Shown here piece after piece: positions 55,129-64,000 of a DNA stretch of 64,000 nucleotides. Positions within the stretch are counted from its first letter, which is position 1; every line of letters starts with the position of its first letter. Both the position numbers and the translations under genes were made by a program. A model generated the notes under the pieces. The model did no database searches, had not been told where the DNA came from, and saw only the letters and a program-made list of their open reading frames with translations. Source of the DNA: Candidatus Minusculum obligatum (GTDB taxonomy: Bacteria; Patescibacteriota; Minisyncoccia; Phycocordibacterales; Phycocordibacteraceae); assembly GCA_045401155.1 (NCBI GenBank), contig CP174360.1, forward strand, positions 310,769 to 374,768. The letters run 5' to 3'.

Positions 55129-56817
55129 ATGGCACGTGGGAGAATTACACGGAGGGTAGATTTTGAAATTGAACCAGATGAGGTGCTTTTGGATGCATCC
55201 AATCTTCCACATTTTGATACAAATCAATTTCAGGGACGCATTATTGCTCCCATCGAGAAACGATCACTTGTGACGTTTGGGATTGGAGCTGCACTCGTAT
55301 TTATTATCTTGATAGGAGAACTCTTTAGTCTGCAGGTATCACATGGAGAAGAGCACGCACTACGGAGTGAGAGTAATAGGCTAGAGCAATCTATTTTATT
55401 TGCAACACGAGGCGTTGTCTTTGATCGAAATGGGGAAGAGCTCATCTCAAATGTAGATGATGGTGAGACGTTTAGCGCAAGAGAGTACAGGTCTCCTGGG
55501 TTTGGTCATTTACTCGGATATGTCACATATCCCAAAAAAGACTCCGCAGGATTTTACTTTTCAACAGAGATTGAAGGAGTTTCTGGCCTGGAGGCTGTGT
55601 TAGATGAAAGACTGCAGGGGGAAAATGGCTTAGTGTTAGTTGAAAGTACTGCCCGTGGAGAGGTTCGTTCTAGTGAGGCTGTGCTAAAGCCAATTAATGG
55701 AGAGAATGTGACGCTTAGTATTGATGCACGTATACAAGAGAGTCTGTACACACATATAAAAACATTGGCAGATCAAATTCCGTTTCGAGGAGGTGCAGGT
55801 ATCATAATGGATATACATACGGGGGAGGTTTTAGCTCTCACAAACTATCCGGAATATGACCCAAATGTTCTTGCCGCGGGGGATGATAGGGATACGATTG
55901 TCTCATATCAAAATGATTCTCGTAAACCATATCTAAACAGAGCAATTTCAGGACTCTTTGCGCCTGGGTCTGTGGTAAAACCGTTTGTGGCAATTGCGGC
56001 ACTTGAAGAAAATGTTGTAGACATTACAGATACGTTTTTGAGCACAGGTCAGATTAGTATCCCAAATCCATATTTTCCAGATCAACCAACTATTTTCAGG
56101 GACTGGAAGGCACACGGGTATGTAAATGTGGTGCGCGCGCTTGCAGTTTCTTCAAACGTATACTTTTACATTGTGGGAGGAGGGTATAACGGCCAAGAAG
56201 GTCTTGGAATCGATCGACTCGCGTCTTGGTTCTCTAAGTTTGAGTTTAATAAACCAACCGGGATTGGGCTTAATAACGAAGCAACAGGATTTATTCCAAC
56301 GCCAGCTTGGAAAAAAGAAACATTTGGAGAGGATTGGAGAATTGGAGACACATACTATACGGCTATTGGGCAGTACGCAGTACAGACAACTCCAATTGCA
56401 ATGGTCCGTGCGGTTGCTGCAATTGCAAATGGTGGAGATTTAGTCACGCCAACAGTACTCAAGGGAGAAATCGGTCCCAAGAAGCACATTTCATTTAGTG
56501 AAGAGACACGACAGATTGTTATTTCTGGAATGAAGGAGGTGGTAAATAATTCAGAAGTTGGTACTGCACGAGGTGTAAAAAACAATCATGTGTCAGTTGC
56601 AGCAAAGACAGGAACTGCACAGGTTGGAAATAATAACTCCCTTCACAATGCATGGATTGAAGGGTATTTCCCAGTAGAAAACCCCAAATATGCCTTTGTG
56701 GTAGTTATGGAGCGGGGGCCAAGCAGTAACTTAATTGGTGCGGTGTCAGTGATGCGAAATGTGTTGGAAGATATAGCGATTTCAGCACCTGAGTATTTCA
56801 CAGTTGACGGAGAGTAA
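55129..56817 (+). CDS. mrdA: Penicillin-binding protein 2 (elongasome transpeptidase)
   Basis: SVVKP (SxxK), SxN, KTGTAQ. Confidence 0.85.
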   Translation: MARGRITRRVDFEIEPDEVLLDASNLPHFDTNQFQGRIIAPIEKRSLVTFGIGAALVFIILIGELFSLQVSHGEEHALRSESNRLEQSILFATRGVVFDRNGEELISNVDDGETFSAREYRSPGFGHLLGYVTYPKKDSAGFYFSTEIEGVSGLEAVLDERLQGENGLVLVESTARGEVRSSEAVLKPINGENVTLSIDARIQESLYTHIKTLADQIPFRGGAGIIMDIHTGEVLALTNYPEYDPNVLAAGDDRDTIVSYQNDSRKPYLNRAISGLFAPGSVVKPFVAIAALEENVVDITDTFLSTGQISIPNPYFPDQPTIFRDWKAHGYVNVVRALAVSSNVYFYIVGGGYNGQEGLGIDRLASWFSKFEFNKPTGIGLNNEATGFIPTPAWKKETFGEDWRIGDTYYTAIGQYAVQTTPIAMVRAVAAIANGGDLVTPTVLKGEIGPKKHISFSEETRQIVISGMKEVVNNSEVGTARGVKNNHVSVAAKTGTAQVGNNNSLHNAWIEGYFPVENPKYAFVVVMERGPSSNLIGAVSVMRNVLEDIAISAPEYFTVDGE

Positions 56818-56843
56818 ATGATGCGTAGAATAGTGGGAACTTC

Positions 56844-57311
56844 ATGTCAGGAGAAGACACAGTACTAACACGAGAAAAGTTTGATGAGCTAGTTAAAGAG
56901 CTTGATCATCTTAAAACAACACGTCGCACAGAGATTGCGGAGTCTTTAGAGTATGCACGTTCTCTAGGAGATCTTTCAGAGAATGCTGAGTACCAGGAAG
57001 CACGAGAACTACAAGCTGCAACAGAAGAGCGAATTCGAAAGCTAGAAGACATCATCAAGCGCGCAAAGATTGTCTCACACAAGAAGGGAGACGAGATTGA
57101 TTTCGGGTCAGTGGTGACTATCAAGAAGGTAGATGATGATCAAAAGCATGAGTATACGATCGTAGGTAGTGAAGAGGCAGATATGCGAGAGCGTAAGATC
57201 TCACATGTATCTCCGCTAGGATCAGCAATGATGGGGAAGAAGAAGGGAGATGAGTTTACATTCGAAACTCCAAACGGAAAACAACAGTATAAAATTGTTT
57301 CAGTAAAATAA
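56844..57311 (+). CDS. greA: Transcription elongation factor GreA
   Basis: Conserved acidic tip LGDLSENAEY plus FKBP-like C-terminal domain. Confidence 0.9.
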   Translation: MSGEDTVLTREKFDELVKELDHLKTTRRTEIAESLEYARSLGDLSENAEYQEARELQAATEERIRKLEDIIKRAKIVSHKKGDEIDFGSVVTIKKVDDDQKHEYTIVGSEEADMRERKISHVSPLGSAMMGKKKGDEFTFETPNGKQQYKIVSVK

Positions 57312-57332
57312 GCCCAATAGAGGGCTTTTTTA
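57309..57332. terminator. Terminator
   Basis: agcccaatagagggct + T6. Confidence 0.75.
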
Positions 57333-57360
57333 CTTGTTAAATTCACAAAGCCGTCGTAGG

Positions 57361-58935
57361 ATGGCTTATATGTTTTGGGCAGATAAAATTGCAGAAGAAA
57401 TAAAGAAAGAACGTAGGAACGGTCCACTGATCGTTCGAGATGAGAAGACGTTAAGTGGTCGTGTGCATATTGGATCTATGCGTGGTGTTGCAATTCATGG
57501 AGCGGTAGCTGAAGCGCTCACTGAGCATGGAGTTGAAAATGAGTACCACTATGAACTCAATGACTTTGACCCCATGGATGGACTTCCATCGTATCTAGAC
57601 GAGGAAGAATACAAAGAGCATATGGGGAAGCCGCTTAAGGATGTTCCTGCTCCAGATGGAAAAGCAAAAAACTTTGCAGAGTATTTTGGAAATGAATTTC
57701 AAGAAGTAATTAAAAAGTCCGGGTATACACCAAAGTTTTATCGAGCTTCGGAGCTGTATAAGTCTGGAAAAATGGATCCATACATCAAGCTTGCGCTTGA
57801 GAATCCGGAAAAGATTCGAGAAATCTATAAAAAGGTTTCAGGATCAGAAAAGTCAGATGACTGGCTGCCTTTAAATGTAGTGTGTGAGAAGTGTGGGAAG
57901 ATCGGAACCACAAAAGTTTCTCATTTTGATGGAGAGCAAGTTACCTACACGTGCCAAGAAAACGGAGTTGAGTGGGCGAAGGGTTGTGGGCACGAGGGAA
58001 AGGTTTCTCCATTTGGAGGAAACGCAAAGCTGCCATGGAAGCCTGAATGGGCAGCTAAGTGGGGTGCAATGAATGTCTCTGTTGAGGGGGCTGGAAAAGA
58101 TCACTCTACTCGTGGAGGGTCTCGAGATGTAGCAAATCACATTGCTCGTGAAGTGTTTGATATTACACCGCCATTTGATGTGCCGTATGAGTTTTTCTTG
58201 GTTGGAGGAAAGAAAATGAGCTCTTCTAAAGGTGCCGGATCTTCATCTAAAGATATTGCAGATTTATTTCCGCAAGAGGTATTTCGTCTAGCGCTTATTG
58301 GAAAAGATATTAATAAGCAGATTAACTTTGATCCTGAAGGGGAGACCGTACCAGTTTTGTACGATCAGTATGATTCTATTGCTACGTCATACTTTGCAAA
58401 AGAAGATACAGATTATGTACGCCTTTTTGAGATGTGTCAGCTTCCAGAGAATCGAAAAGATATTAAGGAGCGATATTATCCACGCTTCTCTCAGGTTGCA
58501 TTTATGTCTCAGATGCCGCATGTGGATCTTGAGGTTGAGGTAAAAGAAATGAAAGAATCAGATCTTACAGACCTTGATAAAGAAGTTTTGGAGGAACGAC
58601 TCTCATACGTAAGACATTGGCTAGATACATATGCACCAGAGCGGTATAAGTTTGAGATTCAAGAAGAGATGCCAAAGGTTGAACTATCTGATCTTCAGAA
58701 GACTGCACTGTCTAAACTAAAAGAGTTTATTGCTTCTCATGATGAGATTGATGGACAGATGATGCATACGAATCTTCACGATATTAAGGAAAATGTAGGA
58801 ATAGAGCCAAAAGAATTCTTTAGTGCTATTTACAGTATTATTTTAGGGAAAGAGAGTGGACCAAAGGCTGGTTGGTTCTTATCTGTGCTTGATCGAGAGT
58901 TTCTTCTTAGAAGACTGGAAGAGGCAGTTAAATAA
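57361..58935 (+). CDS. lysK: Class I lysyl-tRNA synthetase (LysK type)
   Basis: HIGS (HIGH) and KMSSSKG (KMSKS) motifs. Start at MAYMFWAD. Confidence 0.85.
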   Translation: MAYMFWADKIAEEIKKERRNGPLIVRDEKTLSGRVHIGSMRGVAIHGAVAEALTEHGVENEYHYELNDFDPMDGLPSYLDEEEYKEHMGKPLKDVPAPDGKAKNFAEYFGNEFQEVIKKSGYTPKFYRASELYKSGKMDPYIKLALENPEKIREIYKKVSGSEKSDDWLPLNVVCEKCGKIGTTKVSHFDGEQVTYTCQENGVEWAKGCGHEGKVSPFGGNAKLPWKPEWAAKWGAMNVSVEGAGKDHSTRGGSRDVANHIAREVFDITPPFDVPYEFFLVGGKKMSSSKGAGSSSKDIADLFPQEVFRLALIGKDINKQINFDPEGETVPVLYDQYDSIATSYFAKEDTDYVRLFEMCQLPENRKDIKERYYPRFSQVAFMSQMPHVDLEVEVKEMKESDLTDLDKEVLEERLSYVRHWLDTYAPERYKFEIQEEMPKVELSDLQKTALSKLKEFIASHDEIDGQMMHTNLHDIKENVGIEPKEFFSAIYSIILGKESGPKAGWFLSVLDREFLLRRLEEAVK

Positions 58936-58938
58936 AAG

Positions 58939-58969
58939 AAGGCCCGCACGCTTAAAGCATTTTGGGCCT
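58939..58969. terminator. Bidirectional terminator
   Basis: aggccc...gggcct hairpin between convergent genes. Confidence 0.5.
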
Positions 58970-59559
58970 CCTGTAGGTGATTGGTCTAGCATGAGCTTTC
59001 CCAACGATTCCGTGAATTGTAAAGTCATCGTTTACTCGGATCCACGTTGCTCGTGGATTTTCCGTATAAAGATATTCCATAAGCCAGTATTTGTCTGAGG
59101 GCAAGATGGTTGCGGTTACCTCGTTGCCTTCAAACTCTGTCTTGGTGATCATGTGTCTTCCATCAGCGCGGTACCAGTCAAATCGGTCATGTTCTCCGCG
59201 AGGATGGATGATCGGGAACGAACCCAATCTCTTATAAAGCTTCCATCGAAAGACGTGGAGCTTCACGTCTTCTTTTTTTGGTTGCTTATAATCACATAGC
59301 CGCAGTAGAAGAGCCGACTTTTTGCCGGAAGTTTTCCGCACTCTTCTTTGCATTCGCGTTGTGCCGCTGCAGTGATTTTCTCTTTGTGTTCGATTTTTCC
59401 ACCCAGACCATTAAGAAAAGGTCCATCAAGGTCTTCAAAAGGTCCTTTGAGATTGGTGGTAAGACCAAGTGCAACAAAGAGATGTGAGGTTGATCCATTC
59501 ATCCCATTGCTGGGATATATCTCCCTACATACAGGGAGAATAACTACCATATGTCGCAT
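58952..59559 (-). pseudogene. NUDIX hydrolase interrupted by a frameshift in an A7/T7 homopolymer
   Basis: Nudix box GGKIEHKEKITAAAQRECKEECG lies in the upstream ORF (59263..59559). The remainder continues in another frame (58952..59353). The two overlap at the T7 run 59273-59279. Confidence 0.6.
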
Positions 59560-59695
59560 GGCTTCCTCCCGTGTTTCTGTTAAGAATGTACCTTATTTTT
59601 TAAAACAAGGCTAATTTTCCATATCCACATGCCAAAAATACAAAGTGGGGGAAAGTGTCATATAATTACATGTATGTGGGGGAATGTGGTGAATT

Positions 59696-60130
59696 ATGTT
59701 AATCGGAGAGTACACACACGCAGTTGATGCAAAAAATCGCTTTGCTTTGCCGGCAAAATTTCGTAAAGAATTTGGATCAAAGGTAATCGTGACTCGTGGA
59801 CTCGACCGTTGTCTGTTCATCTATTCTCCCAAGGCTTGGGAAAAGATTGTTGCTCGTATGAGTGATCTCTCAATCGGCCAAGCAAGCACACGAGGGTTTA
59901 ATCGTTTTTTGCTCTCAGGTGCAGTTGAAGTAGATCTAGATTCACAAGGCCGTATCTTGATCCCGGATTTCTTGAAGGGCTTTGCAAATCTAGATAACAA
60001 GGTGGTATTGGCAGGAGTGCATGATCGAGTGGAGGTGTGGAATGAGAGTGAATGGGAAACCTATAAAGCAGGAATTGAACAACATGCAGACGAACTCGCA
60101 GAGAAACTCGGAGAGATTGGCATCCTCTAA
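59696..60130 (+). CDS. mraZ: Transcriptional regulator MraZ
   Basis: Duplicated DxxxR motifs (DAKNRFALP, DSQGRILIP). Confidence 0.85.
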   Translation: MLIGEYTHAVDAKNRFALPAKFRKEFGSKVIVTRGLDRCLFIYSPKAWEKIVARMSDLSIGQASTRGFNRFLLSGAVEVDLDSQGRILIPDFLKGFANLDNKVVLAGVHDRVEVWNESEWETYKAGIEQHADELAEKLGEIGIL

Positions 60131-61016
60131 TCACCACACATCTGTTCTTTTACAGGAGGTTCTTGAAGCTTTAAATGTTTCTCCAGACTCCATTGTTGTA
60201 GATGGGACCGTTGGTGGAGCAGGGCACCTAAAGGAAATTGCTCAAAAGCTATCAAAGGAAGGAACGTTGATTGGTATTGATGCTGATCCTGCAGCGCTCA
60301 TTCGCGCAAAAGAAAAGCTTTCCAATGTTGATGCAAACGTGTTGCTTATTGAAGGAAATTTCAGAGATCTTAGAGATCATCTGGAGAGTAAAGATATCAA
60401 TGAGGTGACGCATGTGTTGCTTGATCTTGGATGGAGTGGGTTTCAACTCACTGCAGGGCGAGGTTTTTCATTCCTTACAGATGAGCCGCTTCTGATGACA
60501 TATGGCATTCCAACAGAAGAGACGCTTACTGCAAAAGATCTTGTAAATGATCTTGGTGAAGAGCAGTTAGCGGACATTATTTTTGCCTATGGAGAGGAGC
60601 GATTCGCTCGGCGTATTGCAAGGGGAATTGTTGCGTCTCGATCTGAAAAGGAAATTGAGACCACAAAGCAGCTTGCAGATATTGTGAAAAGCTCTGTGCC
60701 TATATGGTACAAGCACCGCAAGGCGCATCCTGCAACAAAAACATTTCAGGCACTACGTATTGCGGTAAATGATGAATTGGATGCACTACGTGATGCGATG
60801 AAGGGTGCGATGAAGCTTTTAAAGAAGGATGGAAGAATCGCAATAATCACATTTCACAGTATCGAGGACCGAATTGTAAAAAGATTCTTTGAGGGGCTTC
60901 AAAGAGATGGTGAGGGAACATTGCTTAGCAAAAAGCCAATTGCGCCATCTGAAAAAGAGATTAAAGAAAACCCACGGGCACGAAGTGCAAAATTACGAGT
61001 ATTTATAAAATCATGA
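60084..61016 (+). CDS. rsmH: 16S rRNA m4C1402 methyltransferase RsmH
   Basis: HTSVLLQEVLEAL, DGTVGGAGH. Start overlaps the mraZ end. Confidence 0.85.
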   Translation: MQTNSQRNSERLASSNHHTSVLLQEVLEALNVSPDSIVVDGTVGGAGHLKEIAQKLSKEGTLIGIDADPAALIRAKEKLSNVDANVLLIEGNFRDLRDHLESKDINEVTHVLLDLGWSGFQLTAGRGFSFLTDEPLLMTYGIPTEETLTAKDLVNDLGEEQLADIIFAYGEERFARRIARGIVASRSEKEIETTKQLADIVKSSVPIWYKHRKAHPATKTFQALRIAVNDELDALRDAMKGAMKLLKKDGRIAIITFHSIEDRIVKRFFEGLQRDGEGTLLSKKPIAPSEKEIKENPRARSAKLRVFIKS

Positions 61017-61330
61017 AAAAAGTACTAGCCATTACACATCCAGTTGAGAAAAAGGTAGTCACCTCACTACTCGTGGCATTTTTGGTACTTGTACTTGCGT
61101 ACACATACTTAATTGCGGCAACCGTATTTCATGTTACTGCACGAAAAAATATCGAATATCAAAGCCAGGTTCTTGCGGCACACGTTGCAGATCTTGAAGC
61201 AGAGTTTCTAAAAGAGAGCAGTAAAATTGCAAAGGAAGCGCAGCACAGCTTTGCGCTTTCACCTGTAAAGGAAAAACGTTTTGTACGAATCGCTCCAGGG
61301 CGTACACTAACGTTATATGACGAGAGCTAA
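61013..61330 (+). CDS. ftsL: FtsL-like division protein
   Basis: Single TM plus coiled coil, positioned between rsmH and ftsI. Confidence 0.6.
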   Translation: MKKVLAITHPVEKKVVTSLLVAFLVLVLAYTYLIAATVFHVTARKNIEYQSQVLAAHVADLEAEFLKESSKIAKEAQHSFALSPVKEKRFVRIAPGRTLTLYDES

Positions 61331-63044
61331 ACTCCGCGGAAGACTCCGGATTATAAGCGGCCTCATATTTCTCATTGTGGCTGTTTTTTTAGTGCGACTG
61401 TATGTAGTGCAGATCGTGTATGGGGAAGAGTTTCGTATTCGCGCTGAGCGTCAGTATGTAAGTGCGCTTGTGGCGCCATTTGATAGAGGAAGTATTTTCT
61501 ATACACGAAAGGATGGGGGGCAAATTTCAGCTGCAACACTCGCAAGCGGATTTACACTTGCGATAAATCCTCGTGATATTGGAGATCCTGACATTGCGTA
61601 CGCAAGGCTTTCAGAATTTGTAGAGATTACAGAAGACGCATTCTTGCATAGGGCAAATAAGATTGATGATCCATATGAAGAAATTTTGCACGAAGTTCCA
61701 CAAGAGATTGGGCAGCAGATAGCAGAAGCAGATATTCCAGGAGTTATTCTTGTCCGTGATAGATGGCGCTATTATCCAGGAGACAATCGAGCAGCACATA
61801 CTATTGGGTTTGTTGCGTACGATGAAGATAAGCTTGAGGGACGCTATGGACTTGAGCGTTACTACGAAGAGGTTTTAAGTAGAGAGAGTAAGAGTTTATA
61901 TGTGAATTTTTTTGCAGAGGTATTCGCGAATCTCGGAAGCATTATTTTTGATAGGGAAAGCGCAAGCGAAGGGCACTTAGTGACAACGCTTGAGCCGACT
62001 GTGCAGGGGCAGCTTGAGAATGTCTTGCTTGGTATTCAAGAAGAGTGGGGAAGTAATGAATCTGCAGGGATCATTATTAATCCTAAGACAGGTGCTATTT
62101 ACGCAATGGCATCTGTTCCGTCTTTTGATCTAAACCGTTTTGAAGAAGCATCTTCTGCTCGGTATCGAAATCCTCTAGTTGAGAACGTGTACGAGTTCGG
62201 GTCAATTTTTAAACCAATTACTGTTACAGCAGGAATTGATAGTGGAGCAATTACAGAAAACACAACCTATTTTGATAGAGGAAAAATCATAATTGATGGC
62301 GCAACGGTTTCAAACTTTGATGGAAAAGGTCGTGGAGAGGTGTTGGTGCAAGAGATACTTAGTCAGTCTCTAAATACCGGAGTTGCCTTTGTGGTGCAGG
62401 AGATGGGTATTCCTTCATTTAAAAAATATCTAAAGAATCTTCGTGTTGGAGAGGAGGTCGGCATCGATCTTCCAAATGAAGTTAAGGGACTCACAAGCAA
62501 CCTTGAGTCGCCTCGAGAGCTTGAGTATGTAACCGCGTCATTTGGGCAGGGAATTGCGCTTACGCCGATTGGAATGGTCCGTGCGCTTTCTGCAGTTGCA
62601 AATGGCGGCGTGTTAGTGCAGCCGCATATTGGGAAGGAGATACGCCATCCCTCAGGGCTTATTACAAAACTTGGGTGGGGGCTTGATGAGAGGGTCTTTA
62701 AAGAGTCTTCATCTCAAACGGTTTCTCGTATGCTTACAAAGGTAGTAGACGAAGCATTGCTTGGTGGTACGGTGAAAATTGACTCAATGAGTGTTGCTGC
62801 CAAGACTGGAACTGCGCAGATCGCATCACCTGATGGTGGGTATTACGATGACCGATACCTTCATTCTTTCTTTGGGTACTTCCCATCATATGACCCAGAG
62901 TTTTTGATCTTTTTATACACTGTAGAGCCAAAGGAAGTGCGCTATGCATCTCAAACACTCACTAATCCTTTTATTGACCTTGTCAGTTTCCTTACAAATT
63001 ATTACGATGTAGAGCCAGACCGTTTGTATGAAAACATTCCTTAA
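61317..63044 (+). CDS. ftsI: Septal transpeptidase (PBP3/FtsI-like)
   Basis: SIFKP, SxN, KTGTAQ. Confidence 0.85.
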   Translation: MTRAKLRGRLRIISGLIFLIVAVFLVRLYVVQIVYGEEFRIRAERQYVSALVAPFDRGSIFYTRKDGGQISAATLASGFTLAINPRDIGDPDIAYARLSEFVEITEDAFLHRANKIDDPYEEILHEVPQEIGQQIAEADIPGVILVRDRWRYYPGDNRAAHTIGFVAYDEDKLEGRYGLERYYEEVLSRESKSLYVNFFAEVFANLGSIIFDRESASEGHLVTTLEPTVQGQLENVLLGIQEEWGSNESAGIIINPKTGAIYAMASVPSFDLNRFEEASSARYRNPLVENVYEFGSIFKPITVTAGIDSGAITENTTYFDRGKIIIDGATVSNFDGKGRGEVLVQEILSQSLNTGVAFVVQEMGIPSFKKYLKNLRVGEEVGIDLPNEVKGLTSNLESPRELEYVTASFGQGIALTPIGMVRALSAVANGGVLVQPHIGKEIRHPSGLITKLGWGLDERVFKESSSQTVSRMLTKVVDEALLGGTVKIDSMSVAAKTGTAQIASPDGGYYDDRYLHSFFGYFPSYDPEFLIFLYTVEPKEVRYASQTLTNPFIDLVSFLTNYYDVEPDRLYENIP

Positions 63045-64000
63045 ATCCCTGATTGTTCCCGTTATTACGCTGCAAGCGAAGATGGTTTTGAAAAAGTACA
63101 AACCTACTATTGTGGTTGTTACTGGGAGCGTAGGAAAAACATCAATGAAGGATGCTGTCGCAGAGGTTCTCTCGCGACAGTTTTTTGTTCGTAAGAGTCA
63201 AAAGAGTTTTAATTCAGAGACAGGGGTGCCTCTTACTATTTTGGGATGTGAGAATCCTTGGAATAATCATTTTCTTTGGCTCAAAGTAATGTTTGAAGGA
63301 CTGCTTCTTATTTTTACAAAAAACCACTATCCAAAAATGCTTGTGCTCGAGGTTGGTGCGGACAAGCCGGGAGATGTAAGTGGCATGATGGAGTGGATCA
63401 CACCTTCTGTGGTGGTAGTTACAAAGCTCCCAAGTATTCCAGTGCATGTAGAGGCCTACGCATCTCCAGATCAGACGCGAGAGGAGGAATTCTCTCCAGC
63501 ACATGCACTTGGAAGTGAGGGAACACTAATTTATAGCAAGGATGATGAGTTTGCAGATGAACTTGCTAGGGGAGTGAACGCAAATATCATGACGTACGGC
63601 TTCTCAGACAAATCTGATGTTCGGGGAGAATATCAAGGTCTTGTGTATGAAGGAAATACTCCAAAGGGGCTTACAGCAGATATTTTAAGAGATGATAAAA
63701 AAGAGTGCGTGGTTGTAAATGGCGCAGCAGGGAAGCACCAGCTGTATCCAGCGCTTGGAGCATTTGCAGTAGGACTGACGTTTGATATGACGCCTTCTGA
63801 GATTTGCGCAGGTCTTGCCTCATATGTGCCTCCACAAGGTCGTATGCGTATCCATGAGGGTATTAAGAACACGCTTTTGATAGATGACTCATATAATGCG
63901 TCTCCTGTTGCCATGATCGCTGCTCTTGAGACATTTGCAGATATTGATGTGTCAGGAGATAAAATCGTTGTGTTAGGAGATATGCTTGAGCTTGGAACAT
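63028..64000 (+). CDS. murF: Mur ligase (MurF-like), 3'-truncated at window end
   Basis: TGSVGKTS P-loop, LIDDSYNASP. Not in ORF track because there is no stop within the window. Confidence 0.7.
   Translation, partial: MKTFLKSLIVPVITLQAKMVLKKYKPTIVVVTGSVGKTSMKDAVAEVLSRQFFVRKSQKSFNSETGVPLTILGCENPWNNHFLWLKVMFEGLLLIFTKNHYPKMLVLEVGADKPGDVSGMMEWITPSVVVVTKLPSIPVHVEAYASPDQTREEEFSPAHALGSEGTLIYSKDDEFADELARGVNANIMTYGFSDKSDVRGEYQGLVYEGNTPKGLTADILRDDKKECVVVNGAAGKHQLYPALGAFAVGLTFDMTPSEICAGLASYVPPQGRMRIHEGIKNTLLIDDSYNASPVAMIAALETFADIDVSGDKIVVLGDMLELGT

Overview
This 64-kb window comes from a low-GC (~42%) bacterial genome with a streamlined, CPR/Parcubacteria-like gene set. That assignment is inferred from class I LysRS, reduced ProS and HolB, two DsbA/CcdA modules, and a sigma-70 with a lysine-rich tail.

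The ends of the window are housekeeping. At the left: dnaG (5'-truncated), rpoD, a UvrD/RecB-like helicase-nuclease, uppP, hisS, prmC, truB, cspA and a pif1 helicase. At the right: def-fmt, hpf, murA, two mreB paralogs with mreC/mreD/mrdA, frr, rseP, proS, greA, lysK, mraZ-rsmH-ftsL-ftsI and a 3'-truncated murF.

The centre, roughly 25.1-43.5 kb, is an accessory region built on a tRNA whose 3' end lies at 42886. It has five parts:
1. An array of minus-strand gene cassettes. These encode a PD-(D/E)xK-like nuclease, two paralogous P-loop kinase-like proteins, a small GC-rich two-gene insert, a secreted poly-acidic protein, wHTH/TM pairs, a SEC-C protein and a DUF302 protein. The cassettes are punctuated by repeats that all end in the 7-bp core GGCTCCG, which is identical to the tRNA 3' terminus. 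Seven copies of the core were counted.
2. Two repeat families flank that core. X is about 100 bp. Y is about 250 bp; it carries a 35-bp imperfect palindrome and several hairpins, and occurs 4 times. Intact X-core-Y units occur once in direct orientation (29911-30270) and once inverted (41075-41392). They bracket a roughly 10.7-kb segment.
3. That segment holds a putative CsoR/RcnR-family-regulated extracytoplasmic thiol-redox/metal island. Its genes encode a rhodanese-DUF1573 protein, a second DUF1573 protein, CcdA, a thioredoxin, a split ferric-reductase-like heme-TM/FNR pair, His-rich secreted proteins, DsbA, a membrane protein with a transmembrane CAAC motif, and a PAP2 phosphatase. An ATACCCCCTAGGGGTAT-type operator sits in the promoter spacer.
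4. A large serine recombinase is flanked by inverted X copies. Its ORF reads through the att core into the tRNA.
5. The tRNA itself (Asn-GUU or His-GUG) is split by a ~538-nt anticodon-loop intron that encodes an HNH endonuclease.

Outside the accessory region, GC-rich (~57%) islands with foreign codon usage hold a 190-aa protein, a small secreted protein, a two-gene operon, and a proteobacterial-type OMP gene. A ~285-nt GC-rich terminator-ended putative ncRNA lies upstream of def; its composition probably reflects RNA structure rather than foreign origin.
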